A stretch of DNA of 64,000 nt from Vicugna vicugna. Lineage: Eukaryota. The position numbers were made by a program, and so were the translations under genes. Shown here piece after piece: positions 1-13,059 of this stretch (within the stretch, counting starts at the first letter, position 1; every line of letters begins with the position of its first letter). The DNA lies in assembly GCA_013265495.1 (NCBI GenBank), contig MU058423.1, positions 9,161,627 to 9,225,626 on the forward strand, read 5' to 3'. The notes beneath the pieces were generated by a model, which searched no databases, was not told the origin of the DNA, and worked only from the letters and a program-made list of their open reading frames with translations.

Positions 1-2167
1 TCAAAATAAATTTGAGAAAATAAAAAAATGACAAAAACCAAAATAAGGTCTGAAGGAGAGTAATTTTGAACTTAGAATTAAATATTGACAAGTCATCACT
101 CAAGAATGAGGGTAAAATATATCTTCAGAAAGAAACAATTATCTCTGAACAATACACAACATAAGTTGACTAAAATAATGTAAAAATCTTGCACAAAAAG
201 GCAAAGATGCTTAATTACAGACATCTAAGAAATGGAGCTTTTCATGGAAGAATACTTTAAAAAAATCTTACAGAAAATATTGTAACGACAAAGCTGCTTT
301 CACGGAATCCTGACTCATTATGAGGAAATCTAAGGCTTTACTGCTAGTATTTGTTACCGTGTTTCCTCTGTCACAAAGTCAGCTGGAGGTTTATGTTCTA
401 TGCCTTTCATCAGACAAGGCAAGGTTTACTACATTTGGGAGCAAAAACATAACTGATCCTCAGTTCCCTGAAAGTATGAATCACCATAAACACAGACAGA
501 CACTAGCATACTAATTAAGTCATTTTGGCTTAATTTGCAGTAAGACTTTAGAATTATTTTACTGGTATGTTATGGACCAGTTTTAAAGAGAGATTCAATA
601 TTTGTGTATCATCACAAAAATGAAGAGATTACTGGTTAGACTGTACCTAAAAAGAATGAAATCTACTTCTTAAAAATATTCAACAAGAGTATAGTGAGAT
701 CAAGTTTTACTCTTAAAAAAACTAAAAAATGTCTATAGCTTAAGATTATACTGCTTTGTGGTAAATTTTGAAAAGATAAGTAACATGACGATCTATTGCA
801 TCTCTCTCCATTCTTAAGATGAAAATACGTGGCTGTTCAGCCATTATTACATTAAGTGTTTATTCCCGTGAACACTGGGTTACATGGTTCAAATGACTAC
901 AAACTGAACTCACTAAAAAGGTAAAATAAAATTAAAAAAGAAAACCCATCAACACAAAAATCAGTGTTATCAATATCTAGGATGGAGCCTAAGCGAGATC
1001 AGTCTTGGTGCGATCTCTAATTACTCAATTTACATAGCTAAGCGATGGCATATCTGCTACCTCTTGTTTTTAAAAGATCCCTAGTAAGTATTTCGTGAGG
1101 TAGAATTCATAACTGTATTTATACATTATTGAGAAAGTAGATCCATTAAGAACAAGCTACTACATCCATCCCTGAAAGAGACAAAACCCATCTCAGGGAT
1201 CTTGATGTACCCTGGCTGAAATGGTCAACTGCTCATTTGACTGACACATCTAAAAAATAATGCTAAAAGAACTCAAGCTTTTAAATAATTGCAAAATTTA
1301 AATCACATATATTTGTCAGAATGATACTTGAGAAAAATGATTTTTTTACTTAAACTGCAAAATTTGGTAGCTACAAAGGAGTTACACTTCAACTCTAAGT
1401 GGATTTCCACAGATGACACTGGGAAGCAGGTCTTCAAACTATATTAAGATGAACTAGAAATACAATCTGAGAAAACTACTAACGAATATAACCCCAAACA
1501 CACTAACCTAAAGCACCATGGCCCTCTTCATGGCCTGCACGCTAGCAGTTGGAGGGTGACTATTTAGCAGCTCTCTGGGAGCTACAGAGGGCTATTCTGC
1601 AACTTCTTCAAGCATCCTAGTAGGTGAAGAGCGCAAAGGATCAGAGCTTGGGTACTACTTTTGAAATGGTTGCTGATTCCTATTTATTGTGAATAAAGTC
1701 AGAGATACAAGGAACAAAAATCTGGTTCTCTGCATCCCTTGGCATATTTCAAATACCAGTTTTTCTTTTCTCAGTACTTTCAACAAAGCAATTCACATAT
1801 GCTTAGCTTTTTATCTAATCTTTAAAGTTGTTTTCCACAACTTGAGTTGTTACCAACTCACTTGTGGAAAAACTGAACATTTTCCATTTCGTCAGAGATG
1901 TAGGCACACAGCTGTTGTATTCATACAATAATCAAGGTCATATTTTAAAAAAAAGAAAAAATATAAGGAACATTCTATTTTTGATAATACACAGAACTCA
2001 TGTATATAACTCTTCAGCTCTTAGCCTCTACCAAGAATATTTATAAACAAAATGGTAATACATGGTAATGATTTAACAACAAAACCAGAAGTATTCTAAA
2101 ATGTCAGAATGCACTTTTAATTCAGCTGTCCTAAACGGTCTACAATGAATAAGAGACGTAGCAAAAT

Positions 2168-2281
2168 GGAGCATATAACTCAGTGGTAGGGTGCGTGCAT
2201 ACGTGAGGTCCTAGGTTCAATCCCCAGGACCTTCACAAAAATAAATAAACCTAATTACCTATCCTCACACACACAAAAAAA
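2168..2281 (+). mobile_element. tRNA-derived SINE (camelid vic-1-like), diverged
   Basis: A-box-like tataactcagtggtag, B-box ggttcaatccc, tail aaataaataaacctaattacct. Confidence 0.8.
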
Positions 2282-4429
2282 TACCCTAAACATAACTAAA
2301 AACTATAATCCTATGTATGGATGCTTCAAAAAGTAAATTCCCCAATAATGTCACAGTAGATGATTAAGGAAATATTTATTGAATTTAACCTGTTGAACTA
2401 TTCTTTAGTTACTGATGTTGTTTTCAAATAGAACACATGTTCTTAAACTCTCTGGGGAAGTATGGATCCTTTCTGGCATCTCCCTAGAAAAATGTAGTCA
2501 AAGAAAATTTTACTAACAACTTCAGGGTGAACAGACCCAAGTTAAGAAGTCCTGATACAGAATCACACACCTTCATGTAATTTACCTTAACTGTGTGCTA
2601 CTCAAATGGACAACATCTCTGGCTTCAGAGCCAAATGAAATACAATTTCAAGAAAAGAAAAACATTTAGCAATTTATGATTAACTTGGTTTGCTTACAAG
2701 TGTTCAAACTACAATAAATGTGTGTTAAAAACTACAGAAAATACGTGCTAAGTTTTTGACAAATCATTAACTCATTACTAATTTTGTTTTTGAATATTAC
2801 AATTGGCTGATCAAACTTACAAAGATGTCATTAGCAGAAGGACAAAGCAAAATAATCTTAACAAAGCTGAACACTAGAAGGAAAAAGAAGGGAGTCAGGT
2901 CAGCACCCATGGTCAGGGATGTGAAATACTGTTCAGAGCCTGTCATGTATGACCATTTAGCCTCAGATACCTGGATGTTCACAACAGTAGTCAGAAAAGC
3001 AAATGCCATTTTAAAATCATTTCTATAACTATAATAGTTATATATTTTTTCATTTACAGCTACAGTAGATTAAAAGGCAAATACTACAAAAAAGTACTTC
3101 TAGAAATACAAATCTCCCCTATTTATACATGGGAATACATAAAATTACATTAAAAATCATTTAAGAATGTACAAGTAGACACATTTTTCAAAATCACTTG
3201 AAATGTGTTATCACTTTAAATTCACATAGTAGGCCCTGTAGGATTCAAAGATGCATGAACAAAGCCCCTATTCTAAAGAGGTGTCCAGAGGTTTTAGAAA
3301 GTGCAGCACACGCGTAAAAAGATGGTAAATGGTAACACCCCCATGCCCACAGCCCCCAAAAGCAGCCTGCACTTGCTCCATGTGCCCTCTTAAAAGCATA
3401 CTGCTGGGGTAAAAATTGTATTTTGTGTCCAAAAACAAGCTATGAATTCACTACAACTTTAATAAACAACAAGATAAAAAAGACTCTTCCAAATCTCACA
3501 GGATTTAACTGCTCTCAAGAGAATCATACTCCACAGAGGTAACAAAACTGAACTCTGCAAGGAAAAGGAAAGCGTTTCTTGATCACAGTTTCATTCTTAG
3601 TCTTTTGTAAAAAAAAATACTGAGTCCCCATGATTGACAAAGGGCATAGGTATTCCTTCAAGCTGTTTCTCTCCTCACATAGCAGTTCTAAACAACTTGA
3701 TCCAAGGAACCATGACGATCCATAGCTGATTAAATCAAAGCGCCGTTTTAATTAATTAAATACAACAAAAAGATCTGAGGACTTGAATTGCAAAGTTTCT
3801 TTTTTCACCAAATGACAAAGCGCTGACATCTATCGATTCGACAGTTAACTAAAAATATATTCTGAAACTGGTCCGTAGGTCTCAAGCCTTCTATGTTTTA
3901 ACACACTGACTGGGCCATATTCTGAAATGTCAAAATAAAGTTGTCACTGATTTCAAGTGAATTTAGCAAATCCTCACTGGTGGCCTAATTACACATGTAG
4001 CACTGGGCTAGCTGTTGAGGGCTCCAACAAAATATATACAAATATGGAATAAAAGGAACTATTCCTGCCTATTTCTTGGGACAGCGAAAAATGTATTTCG
4101 CCTTTCCATTCTATTTCAGAATGTGATTATCAAAGAATGCAACAAAGACTACAGAGTGCTGCAACGGAGAAATTTCAGCACGAAAAAAGTAAAGGCGAGT
4201 TATTTTCAATTAAAAGGCCTACGTCCCCTGCCGGTTAAGAACAGCACGATGCATAAAGTTTACTGTGATGACAACTGCTTCGAAAACGCAAACATTTTTT
4301 CTTACTGTCTTCCTTTCAAAGGTCTTCTATCCTGAGACCAAGACCAACTCTTCCTAGCATTTCTGTTTGTTCTCAAATACACCAGATGATTTTAAAACAA
4401 CAGGGTCATTAGTATTCATTGAAAACCAG

Positions 4430-5500
4430 CAGATTTAAGCCTAGGCCCCCGGCGCCCTCCGTCAGGCTCCGGACTCCGGTAAGTGAGGAGGGAAGCCCAC
4501 CTCTGACGGTGTTTACCGCACTGGAAGCGGCGCGGAGCGGGGGCCCGGACCCAGAGCGCCGTGGAGGAAGAGGGCGCACGCACCACGGGGCCCCCGCGGG
4601 GTCGCCGCGCCAGATGCCGCCCCGCTAGCAGCATATGGGAGGCACGGATTGCTCCCGGCCGCTTCCAAAGCGCGGCCGCGGCCTCGCGGGGCCTTGGCGG
4701 CGGAGGCGAGGGGCGCGGCGGCACCAGCACCGCCCCGGCGACGCGGGGCCCGGCGCCGATTCCTCCCCGCGGCGGAGGCGCGCGTGGCCTCCGGGGGCGG
4801 CCGGGGCGGAGGCCGGCAGGTGCGGGAGAGCCGAGCGGCTTCTCCATCCAAGAGGACGGGCCCCGGAGGCCGCAGGCCCGGGCGCGGGAGGGGAGCCCCC
4901 GGCGCAGAGGCATGGGGGCCCGGGAGCCCGAGGGGCCGGCACCGCGGAAGGGGAGGGGGAGACGGGGGCGCTCAGGCGCGGCTGCAGGCGGCCGCGCTGC
5001 GGGCAGGAGATCGGGACCCCGACAGACGCTCGCCGGCGCGGTACCCCGGCTCACCGTGCCTCCGTCCTTAATGATGATCTTCTTGGCCAGCATGATACTG
5101 CGGTTCGCGGCCCGTTTCTTCTTCTTCCCCTGGGTCATTTTACCATCCTCGACTCCTGGCGCTGCTGCAGCCACTCCCGGGGCGGCCGGCCCCAGCGGCG
5201 AGTGCCGTCCCCCGACTACTGCCGGGCCGAGCCGCTCGGGGCACCCGCCGCCATCTTGAGGGCCCGGCCTGCCTCCGGCGGCGCGTCACATCGTGCGATC
5301 GGCCGACGAGCCCGCCCCGCCCACGTGACGCCGCCCCGCCCCGCCGGCCGCCCGGCCGCCGGCGCGCGGAGGGAGCCCCGGAGGGGCGCGGGCGGGCTGG
5401 CCCAGGGCTGCGGCCGCCGGTGGGGGGAGCCCTGCGCTCTCGGTTCGCCAGCTCGCTCGGTCCTCGCGGCAGCCCTGGGCGGCAGGGGCCGTTCTAGCGC
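4430..5500. promoter_or_regulatory. CpG island / promoter of MFSD14A
   Basis: Very high GC and CpG density, GC boxes (ccgccc), an E-box CACGTG at 5322-5327 and a YY1-type CAAGATGGCGGC on the minus strand near 5254. Confidence 0.9.
5055..5138 (-). CDS. MFSD14A: MFSD14A (HIAT1) first coding exon, MTQGKKKKRAANRSIMLAKKIIIKDGGT
   Basis: The peptide matches the recalled N-terminus of HIAT1/MFSD14A. ATG at 5138-5136, 84 nt, phase-0 donor ACG|GTGAGC. It lies in a CpG island downstream of SLC35A3, the known mammalian gene order. Confidence 0.95.
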
Positions 5501-6169
5501 CCCTCGACAGAGGAGGTGTAAGTTATCTGAAAGTTACCTGCCCTTGGAAGTACGGCTGATAGATGGTTGCGCTGGGGTTTTAACCAGCCGTCCTCTACTG
5601 TTTAGGGCTGCCTCCAGCTGTGTTCTGACCGAGACCGGAACCGAGGGAAACAGCTGAAATAGCTTTCCAGAAATAGTGGGTAACTGAAGGAGAAAAGATA
5701 TGCTGAGTTCTCATAGTCTTTGGTTCTTCCGGGGCTTGGAGCTGGGGACTCGGGGCTGGGGTCGGGGTCGGGGGTCGGCGAAGCCTAGAGCTCAACCGAA
5801 GCCTACCTGTTACCAGCAGCTCTCTTGTCCCAGCACCTTTCCTTTATTCCTCGTCTATAAAAACTTTCATCACCTGTGTCACGCTTTGTAGCCCACTACC
5901 TGCCTTACCATATTGTTTAAAAATCAATTTAATAGGGGAAAATTGCTAGACAGGGTAATTGCGGGTTAAAGTATCACAATGTTAAGTTTGATTGTGAAAG
6001 CTGCACCGTGTTTATATAAGAGAATATCCTTTTTTCTAAAGTACGTGGAATGTTAAGGAGTGAGGGGATGTGATGCATTAACGGTTAGGAAATAACGTAT
6101 GTATATGTGAGGAGCGGTTAAAGCAAAATGGCAAGATGTTAAAAAAATTAGCGAATTTAGGTATGATGG

Positions 6170-6693
6170 TTTTAAGGTATGTTCACGAATTTAGTGATAC
6201 TCTTCTGGAAGAGGTGGAGTCTTAATTCCCCTTTTCTTGAATGTGGGTCGGGCTTAGTGACTGTCTTTTGTCTAATAGGACATGCAGAAGTGACAGCCCT
6301 GACTTCATAGGGTAGGTCATAAAAGGCACCTTCCTGCCCCCTCTCCCTTTTTCATTCACTCAGGGCCCACGTCTAGTGGAAACCAGCCGCCATGTCGTGA
6401 GGACACTGAGGCAGCTTGCAGGGAGGTCCTGGTGTCCAGAAATTGAGGCTTTCTACCAACAGAAATGTGAGTGAGTCGTCTTGGAAGCAGTCCTCTAGTC
6501 CTGCTCAAGCCTGTGGCCGACAGCAACCCCTGTCAACATCCTGACTGCAACTTCAGGACACCCTGAGCGAGGACTGCTCAGCTTAACCACTCCTGGTTTC
6601 CTGACTCTCGGAAACTGTAAGATAAAGAGTCCTTGTTTTAAGCCACTAAGCTTTGGGGTAATTTGGTATACAGCTATAGGTAACGAATATACA
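6170..6693 (+). mobile_element. MaLR LTR (MLT1-type), apparently interrupting an old L1 3' end (about 5960-6780)
   Basis: Typical MLT1 3' end tgttttaagccactaagctttggggtaatttggtatacagc...ataca; L1-like sequence on both flanks. Confidence 0.7.
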
Positions 6694-7949
6694 GGGTAAA
6701 AGGAATATGTATTCTTTGTACTATTATGGCAGCTTCTCTGTAAATTTGAAATTATTTCAAAATACAATGTTAAAAAATAAATTTGATTGAATTTTCTATT
6801 TCCATAACTGACTAGATATAGAAGACAAACCAATTTCCATGGAAGGGAGAAAGAAAGGCATTTTAGCCTGATACATCATGTTTTCCCATCAGTAAGTAAA
6901 CTCATCAGGTGTTTAAAAATATTCTTACAGAAAACATTTACTTGAACTCTGACTTGAAGCACTTTAGAGAAAGTAAGATGAGGTGAATTTCATAAGTAAA
7001 TCCCGGGAGCTTATTTTAGATGGATGTAGAGGCTGGTAAGATCACTTACTGTGTGGTTACTCTGACTTTTTCAAAATCATACTTCAGCCGCACCAGTTTT
7101 ATCATCCTTAAGAACTGATTATTGTTCAGTCATTCAAAAAATGTTTACTGAGTACCTATAAGTGTCAGTGTTTTACTAGACACTGGAGGTACATCAATAA
7201 ATAACATGGTATTTATCTGCATAGAGCTTGATTATACTGGGGGACATAGTTATAAACCAAACACAAAAGGAAGATGATTGCAGGTTGTGGTAAGTGCTGT
7301 TGGAAAAAACGGAATAAGAAACTTAACGCATATTGAATGTCCGCAATACCCCAGGACTTTGTGCTAGAAGAGCTGGGATAGTAAACACGAGCGATGAGGC
7401 TTGTTCTAACAGGTGTGTTGTGCGTATGCTTGTGGCTTTTTATGTGACCTGCCATCGTGAAGTTTCATAAACTTTACATTAAGAGGTTGATGTATCAGTT
7501 AGGGTCCTTTGGTTGCAGTTAACAGAAACTAGCATCTGCTAACATAAGCAAAAGGGAATGATTTGGAAGAATAATGGGAGTTCCCAAAATCAACAAGAAG
7601 GCGAAGATTCAGTCTTGAAAACAGGCAAGAACCAGTATTTGGAAAGTCCATGAGAACGCTTCATTAGGCACCTTGGAAGGGAGACGAATCCCTCGGAGAG
7701 AAGGGCAAGTAGCTGAAGCTAAATATTCCTAAAGATACAAGGTTGTAGCACAGGATCCAACCCCTTAAATGTGCCGTTTATTAAAGAAACTGCACTTTAC
7801 AATATGAACAGCAGAGGGCCTTCCTTATCTGTGAAACAGTCACCTGCTGCCCTTCACTGCTCCCTTCCATAGAACTGCTTGTTCTTGCTGATCCAAGAAA
7901 ATCCTACACATTTTATCAGGAATAGAAAAAAGCCAGCAAAACCCCAGGA

Positions 7950-10940
7950 AAGGCTCCTATAAAATGAAAACTTTTCAATTAACAGAAAGTACTACCCTAC
8001 AGAAAATATGAAGCAGAGGAAAACTATGCACAGCACTCCAGAATGAATCAAAGAACATTAAATAAGCAATTGCAGAGGTGAAAGTTGGACAATTAAAAAT
8101 GCAATAGGAAGATATGAGTTGACAACTGATCAAACTCAAGAAATATACTGAAAAAATAAGATCATCTAAAAAAGGAAAACAAATTACAGAGTTCCTAAGA
8201 AAGAACAGACACAAATGAAAGTAAGAAAAATGGAGGAGAGGAATAAACCAGCTATGGGGGGAAAAAAAGGATCAGAGAGAAAAATAACATGAAAAAAAAT
8301 TATCTGGGGCTCCAGGCAAAAACCAACAAAGTGAACATTTTTTCCAAAGGGGAAAAAAAAAACAAGTGGTGCCGGACTTCTTGACAATAACCCCAAGCAA
8401 CACAACGGAGCGAAATTTTCAAAAAAAAAAAAAATCAAGGAAGGAGAGTGGGAGCCAAGGACTTTATAGTCAAGCTGCACTTAAAGTATCTAGGCTCTAG
8501 AAAAAAAATTTAAACAGGCTAGGACTTGAGGAACGTTGTACTCACACGCCAAGCCCTCCTTGAGCCTGTACCGGAGGAGCTTCATCCGGCCAAGAGTTGA
8601 TTGGGGAGCCTTCAGCTAAAGTACTGATGAAGAGTATTAAATGTACTTAAAATATATTTAATTGTATAACATAATGCAGGGTCTAGGGTGAAAAAACAGT
8701 ATGTGAATATTATACATTCTAATCAAATAGAAATATGGCAACTAAAAATATGAGAAGATGGGAGAAAGGAGTAGAATAAGTTCATTAGTAATTACAAAGG
8801 AAATTAAATGACAAAGAATATTGTGTAAAAATGACAAACTGAATAGTAGAAGCTTAGACAAGCAAAAAGGGGACTCTTAAAAGCATTATGTAAAATTTTA
8901 CCAGTATAAATGTAACCACTATAACGTAACAAACCTTTCTAAACATAAAAAGAAATTTTAAAAGCAAAGAACACACTCCACATAGTGAAAGCAACACGGT
9001 AAATACAGCAATATTCATAATCATTTGTTTTTAAAAAAGAAATGCAGGAAAGATGAATAGAGACCAATGAACATAATTACCTACAGGAGGTGGTTAGGAA
9101 TGGAGTGGAGGGATAGGCATGAGGCTTGGCTAATCTGAGTATACTTTTTATATGGTTTTAACTTTGAGCCACGTAAATGCTTTGCATATTCAATAATAAA
9201 AAGCTTTAATTAAATATAAAATTGAACACAAACAAAAACAAATGAAACTAATTATATCACATTGGTAACATAACCATGTAGAGAAAGGAATAATTTCTGT
9301 TAACTTTTTTGGAGGGGCGGGGTAAATTAGGTTGGTTTGTTTATTTAATGGAGGTACTGGGGGTTGAACCCAGGACCTTGTGCGTACTACGCACGCACTC
9401 TACTACTGAGCTATACCCTTTCCCCTGCCATTAACTTTTGAACACTGTACTCTGACTATATATTCTTAGTGGGCTATTACTCTGAAGACAAAGAGAACGG
9501 CGAAGAAATCTTAAATTTTATTCAGTATGTTTACCGTTAGTAATACTGGAATTGCAGTGTTGAGCATAAGCTGCATAATAAAACATAGAAGCAAATACAT
9601 CAGTGTTACTCAGAACCAATATTTTCACTGTAAGAGAAAAGAGAGGCAAATATAAAATTAAAAAGAAAAATTATAATGCTAAAGTTTAATTGTAAACATC
9701 AATTTGAATTCATGAACTTTTCAAAACGTTATTTCCCAGCTCTGTCCACTGAAATACAGCCTAGCAGCAAATGGAGTGCAGATTCCATTCCTCCTAAAGG
9801 GAATAGGCAGGGCTCCTTGGCGAAGTGGCTGCTACTCCAGGTTTGGAACAGGACAAGTACAAGGCAAGCCTGGGTCACGTTGTACCTGAAGCAAGGAAGA
9901 ACTCCAAGACTAATGTCATGTCTCAAAGACACAGAAACAAGCTTGCAGTGGCTACCGACTCACCATATGGCCATCAAAAATGACTAACTGACTGTAATAC
10001 ACTGAATATTGAAGACAGTGATATTTGGGGGGAAATGGAGGCACTTTGGGAATAAGAAAGGGAGAACAATCTTTTCTTAATAAAAGAATATTAACTAATA
10101 AATGAAGAAAATTAGAGAATTAAAAATTTTTAAGTCATGATTTTGCACGTCAACGTAATAAATGATTCCATTAAGAATCATCAGTTGATACAAAAGCCAC
10201 TGAATTTTCTGTCAGGCTGTCAGGAAAAAGAACATTCCTTTGGTGCCAAAATATTACCCTAAAGATTACTAATTACTAAGAGGGAAAAAATGACCTTTAC
10301 AATGGAAAGATCAGGTAGTCACCACCTTGACCAAATGATTATCATCAGTGTTGAGACAATCTAGAATTATGTATCTTCTAATGTGATACAGTATAAGATC
10401 TACAAGATCACCTGTGAAATATTCCCAGAACATTTAACCTGAAGTTAGTCACACCTATAGACTTCCAGTTCAAAGGAAATGCAGAAAATAAACGGAACAC
10501 GTCAAGGATACAGACAGATCAAGAATGGGAGCCAAATGACTTAGATTCTTCAGAAAGTCACCTCATGTGGAAGAAAAGCCATAGAGGTGCAGGAAAGGAT
10601 CTTCCAGACTAAAGAGACAAATACAGACTATGAACCTTGAATGAATCCTGGCTCAAAACCAAAAAAACTGTAAAAGATCATTTTTGAGACAATTTGAAAT
10701 ATCTGAATATGAACTTACATGATACTATCAAATTACATTTTTAAAGTGTGATAATGGGATTGAGTTTAATTAGAAAAATGTCCTTATTTTTAGGATATAT
10801 ACTGAAATATTTAGGAGTAAAGTGTCCTCATAAAGCTAGTATGGCAAAATGTTAATAACGGTTGGATTTAGGTGGCGGGTAAATGGTATACCATTATTTC
10901 AACTTTTATATATGTTCAAAAATTTTCAAAATAAAAAGGT
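7950..10940 (+). mobile_element. Decayed old L1 (L1M) fragments, interrupted by a SINE
   Basis: A-rich plus strand and L1 3'-region-like motifs (gtggcaaaatgttaa-type; tattttcaaaataaaaa-type end). Confidence 0.5.
9305..9425 (-). mobile_element. tRNA-derived SINE (vic-1-like)
   Basis: The reverse complement reads agggtatagctcagtagtagagtgcgtgcg...ggttcaacccccagtacctcc; ttaactttt occurs on both flanks (possible TSD). Confidence 0.85.
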
Positions 10941-11842
10941 GGAGAAATTTTAAGTTAAAAAAGGGCCTCTGTGATCACCTACTCAGCATTGTCTGGACCT
11001 ACTCCTCCTCTTACAGCCCTGCTGTCATCTGAGTTTTCTGAACACCTCAGTGAGAAAGGGAAGGGCTGAGCCTGCCGGAACCAAGGTAATGTGTTCAACT
11101 TTAGTACAAAAATGTTAAAAACAATTAAAATCACTCTGAACCAAAGTAAAAACAGGAGGGGACTGACTACCCTGGGACAAGTGTCAGGAGAGGAGACCAG
11201 CCTTACACTTTTTTCTACTCGTTCCCACGTTGGGGGCCCACCTAGCACAGCCATGGTGTTCTGACCAAGGGGACGTGTCACCCCAGCTGCGGGGGCTGGG
11301 AAGGTGGAGCAGTTTACTAATGCTTTGTGAGCGCATGGAGATAACCCATGAATTTTTCAGAGCTAAGCTGACACTATCATAGCATGATTGAATTAATTAA
11401 AATGGCAATAATATGCTAAGAACAAACTATTAAAAATAAAAACAAACATGGCCTTTAAGGTAAATGGAGATAAATAATATGAAATAATGGAAGTTTGGGG
11501 CATTATACATATAACATCCAAAGAAAGCCTCAGATATTAAAGCTCTAGAATTCACAGCAATATTTTTAAAGTCAAACATAAATTTATCTGTCGGTCATGA
11601 TTTTCTATAATCCTTTCATCACTCAAGAAATATTACTCTACTGCTGCTATATTTAAAAACTTATTGAAGCCACTTGCTTATATTAGAAAAAGCACTTGGC
11701 GTCATCATTTTTAACTGGTATATTTATTACCCAAGCAGAATAAAATGGCACATAATAAAACTTTAGCCTAAAGGGGAAAACTTAAACCCTCAATTATTAG
11801 AAATCATGTGTTTGTATATGCAGTGTCTTTTAAAACGGCAAA

Positions 11843-11904
11843 CACAAAGACATTCACAGATTTTGTTTAAGCACAAAGACATTCACAGATTTTGTTTAAG
11901 CACA
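11843..11904. repeat. Perfect 29-bp tandem duplication cacaaagacattcacagattttgtttaag x2 (+4 nt)
   Basis: Read directly from the sequence. Confidence 0.95.
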
Positions 11905-12511
11905 GGTGAAGTTTGTCTAGCACATTAACTAGACCTCTTAAATACTCTATGTTTAAAATACATTTAACAAGTGTGCAGATGATTACCCCACAAGACTGTA
12001 ACAGCATTCATTGTTCTTTTAAATCCTCAATGAGTTCAACTTAAAAAAGGATGAAAATGCCTATCTTGGGTAAACTATTTCTAAAGGAATATCGTTATTG
12101 TTTGTTTTAAAGAAGTTATTTTTAACATACTAGAAATCGTAAATAAATGCATAAATGAAAAAAGTTGACTAAATCCACTGAAGGGCTGATAACCATGGTA
12201 AAGGATGACTGGAAGTATGGAGCTATCAAAAGGCCCACTGTGAGCCAAACTAACAACTGATAGCAGTTTTATTCTATTAACTCTTCCATAGAATAGTGAT
12301 GGTTAATGGTAATTTAAAATTAGCTCGGGGAGCACCGAGCTAGATGGGATGCTGCCCAGTTCATGAATCACCAGAAAACTCAATTAGATCTTCAAAAAAA
12401 TAATAAAATTAATTAGCTCAAGATTGCATGTTAATATAGAGTATAGATTAAAAGTTTATGAATTAATTTTTAAATTTACTTGTGTTCAAAGTATTCCTAT
12501 ATATATATAAT

Positions 12512-12830
12512 AAAAAAGACAAACGAACTTACTTACAAAACAGAAACAGACTCACAGACACAGAAAACAAACTTAACAGTTACCAGCAGGGGAAGAGGGT
12601 GGGAAGGGATAAATTGGGAGTTTGAGATTTGCAGCTACTAACTACGATATATGAAGCAGATAAACAAGTTTCTACTGTATTGCACAGGGAACTGTATTCA
12701 GTATCTTGAAAAAGAAGATGAAAATGAATCCATGTGTATTCATGTATGACTGAAGCATTGTGCTGTACACCAGAAATTGACGCATTGTAAAATGCCTGTA
12801 TTTCAATAAAAAAGTATCTTTTAAAAAATA
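12512..12830 (+). mobile_element. L1 3' end (artiodactyl-type, 5'-truncated)
   Basis: Sequence acaaaacagaaacagactcacagac...gggataaattgggagtttgagatttgcag...tgtacaccagaaattgac...aataaaaaa. Confidence 0.8.
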
Positions 12831-13059
12831 AAGTATTCCAGCATTTAAAGTTCTCCTTAAATATCAGAACTGAAAACTAAGTGAATACTACGCATGCTCC
12901 TGAGCTCCAAATCTGATAATGTGTTTTTCTACCCTCGATTCATGTTCAGAATCATTGAACAAGATTTCTGGAAAAATGACAAGATATGAATTAACAATCT
13001 CTATAAACAACTGTCATTGTTTGTATCATCCTCATGCATTCAGAAGAATGTCTATTAGA

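Noticed and set aside
995..1017. Small inverted repeat gagatc-N11-gatctc in MFSD14A intron 1
   Set aside because: A 6-bp stem is expected by chance, and there are no snRNA, snoRNA or miRNA hallmarks.
4416..5657. Long overlapping ORFs (up to 340 aa) on both strands
   Set aside because: They are an artefact of stop-poor CpG-island DNA with low-complexity Arg/Gly/Pro/Ala content. Only 5055-5138 is real coding sequence.
9340..9420. tRNA-like sequence with A/B boxes (also at 2.2, 20.4 and 30.7 kb)
   Set aside because: These are dispersed, diverged copies with AT-rich tails, so they are SINEs rather than tRNA genes.
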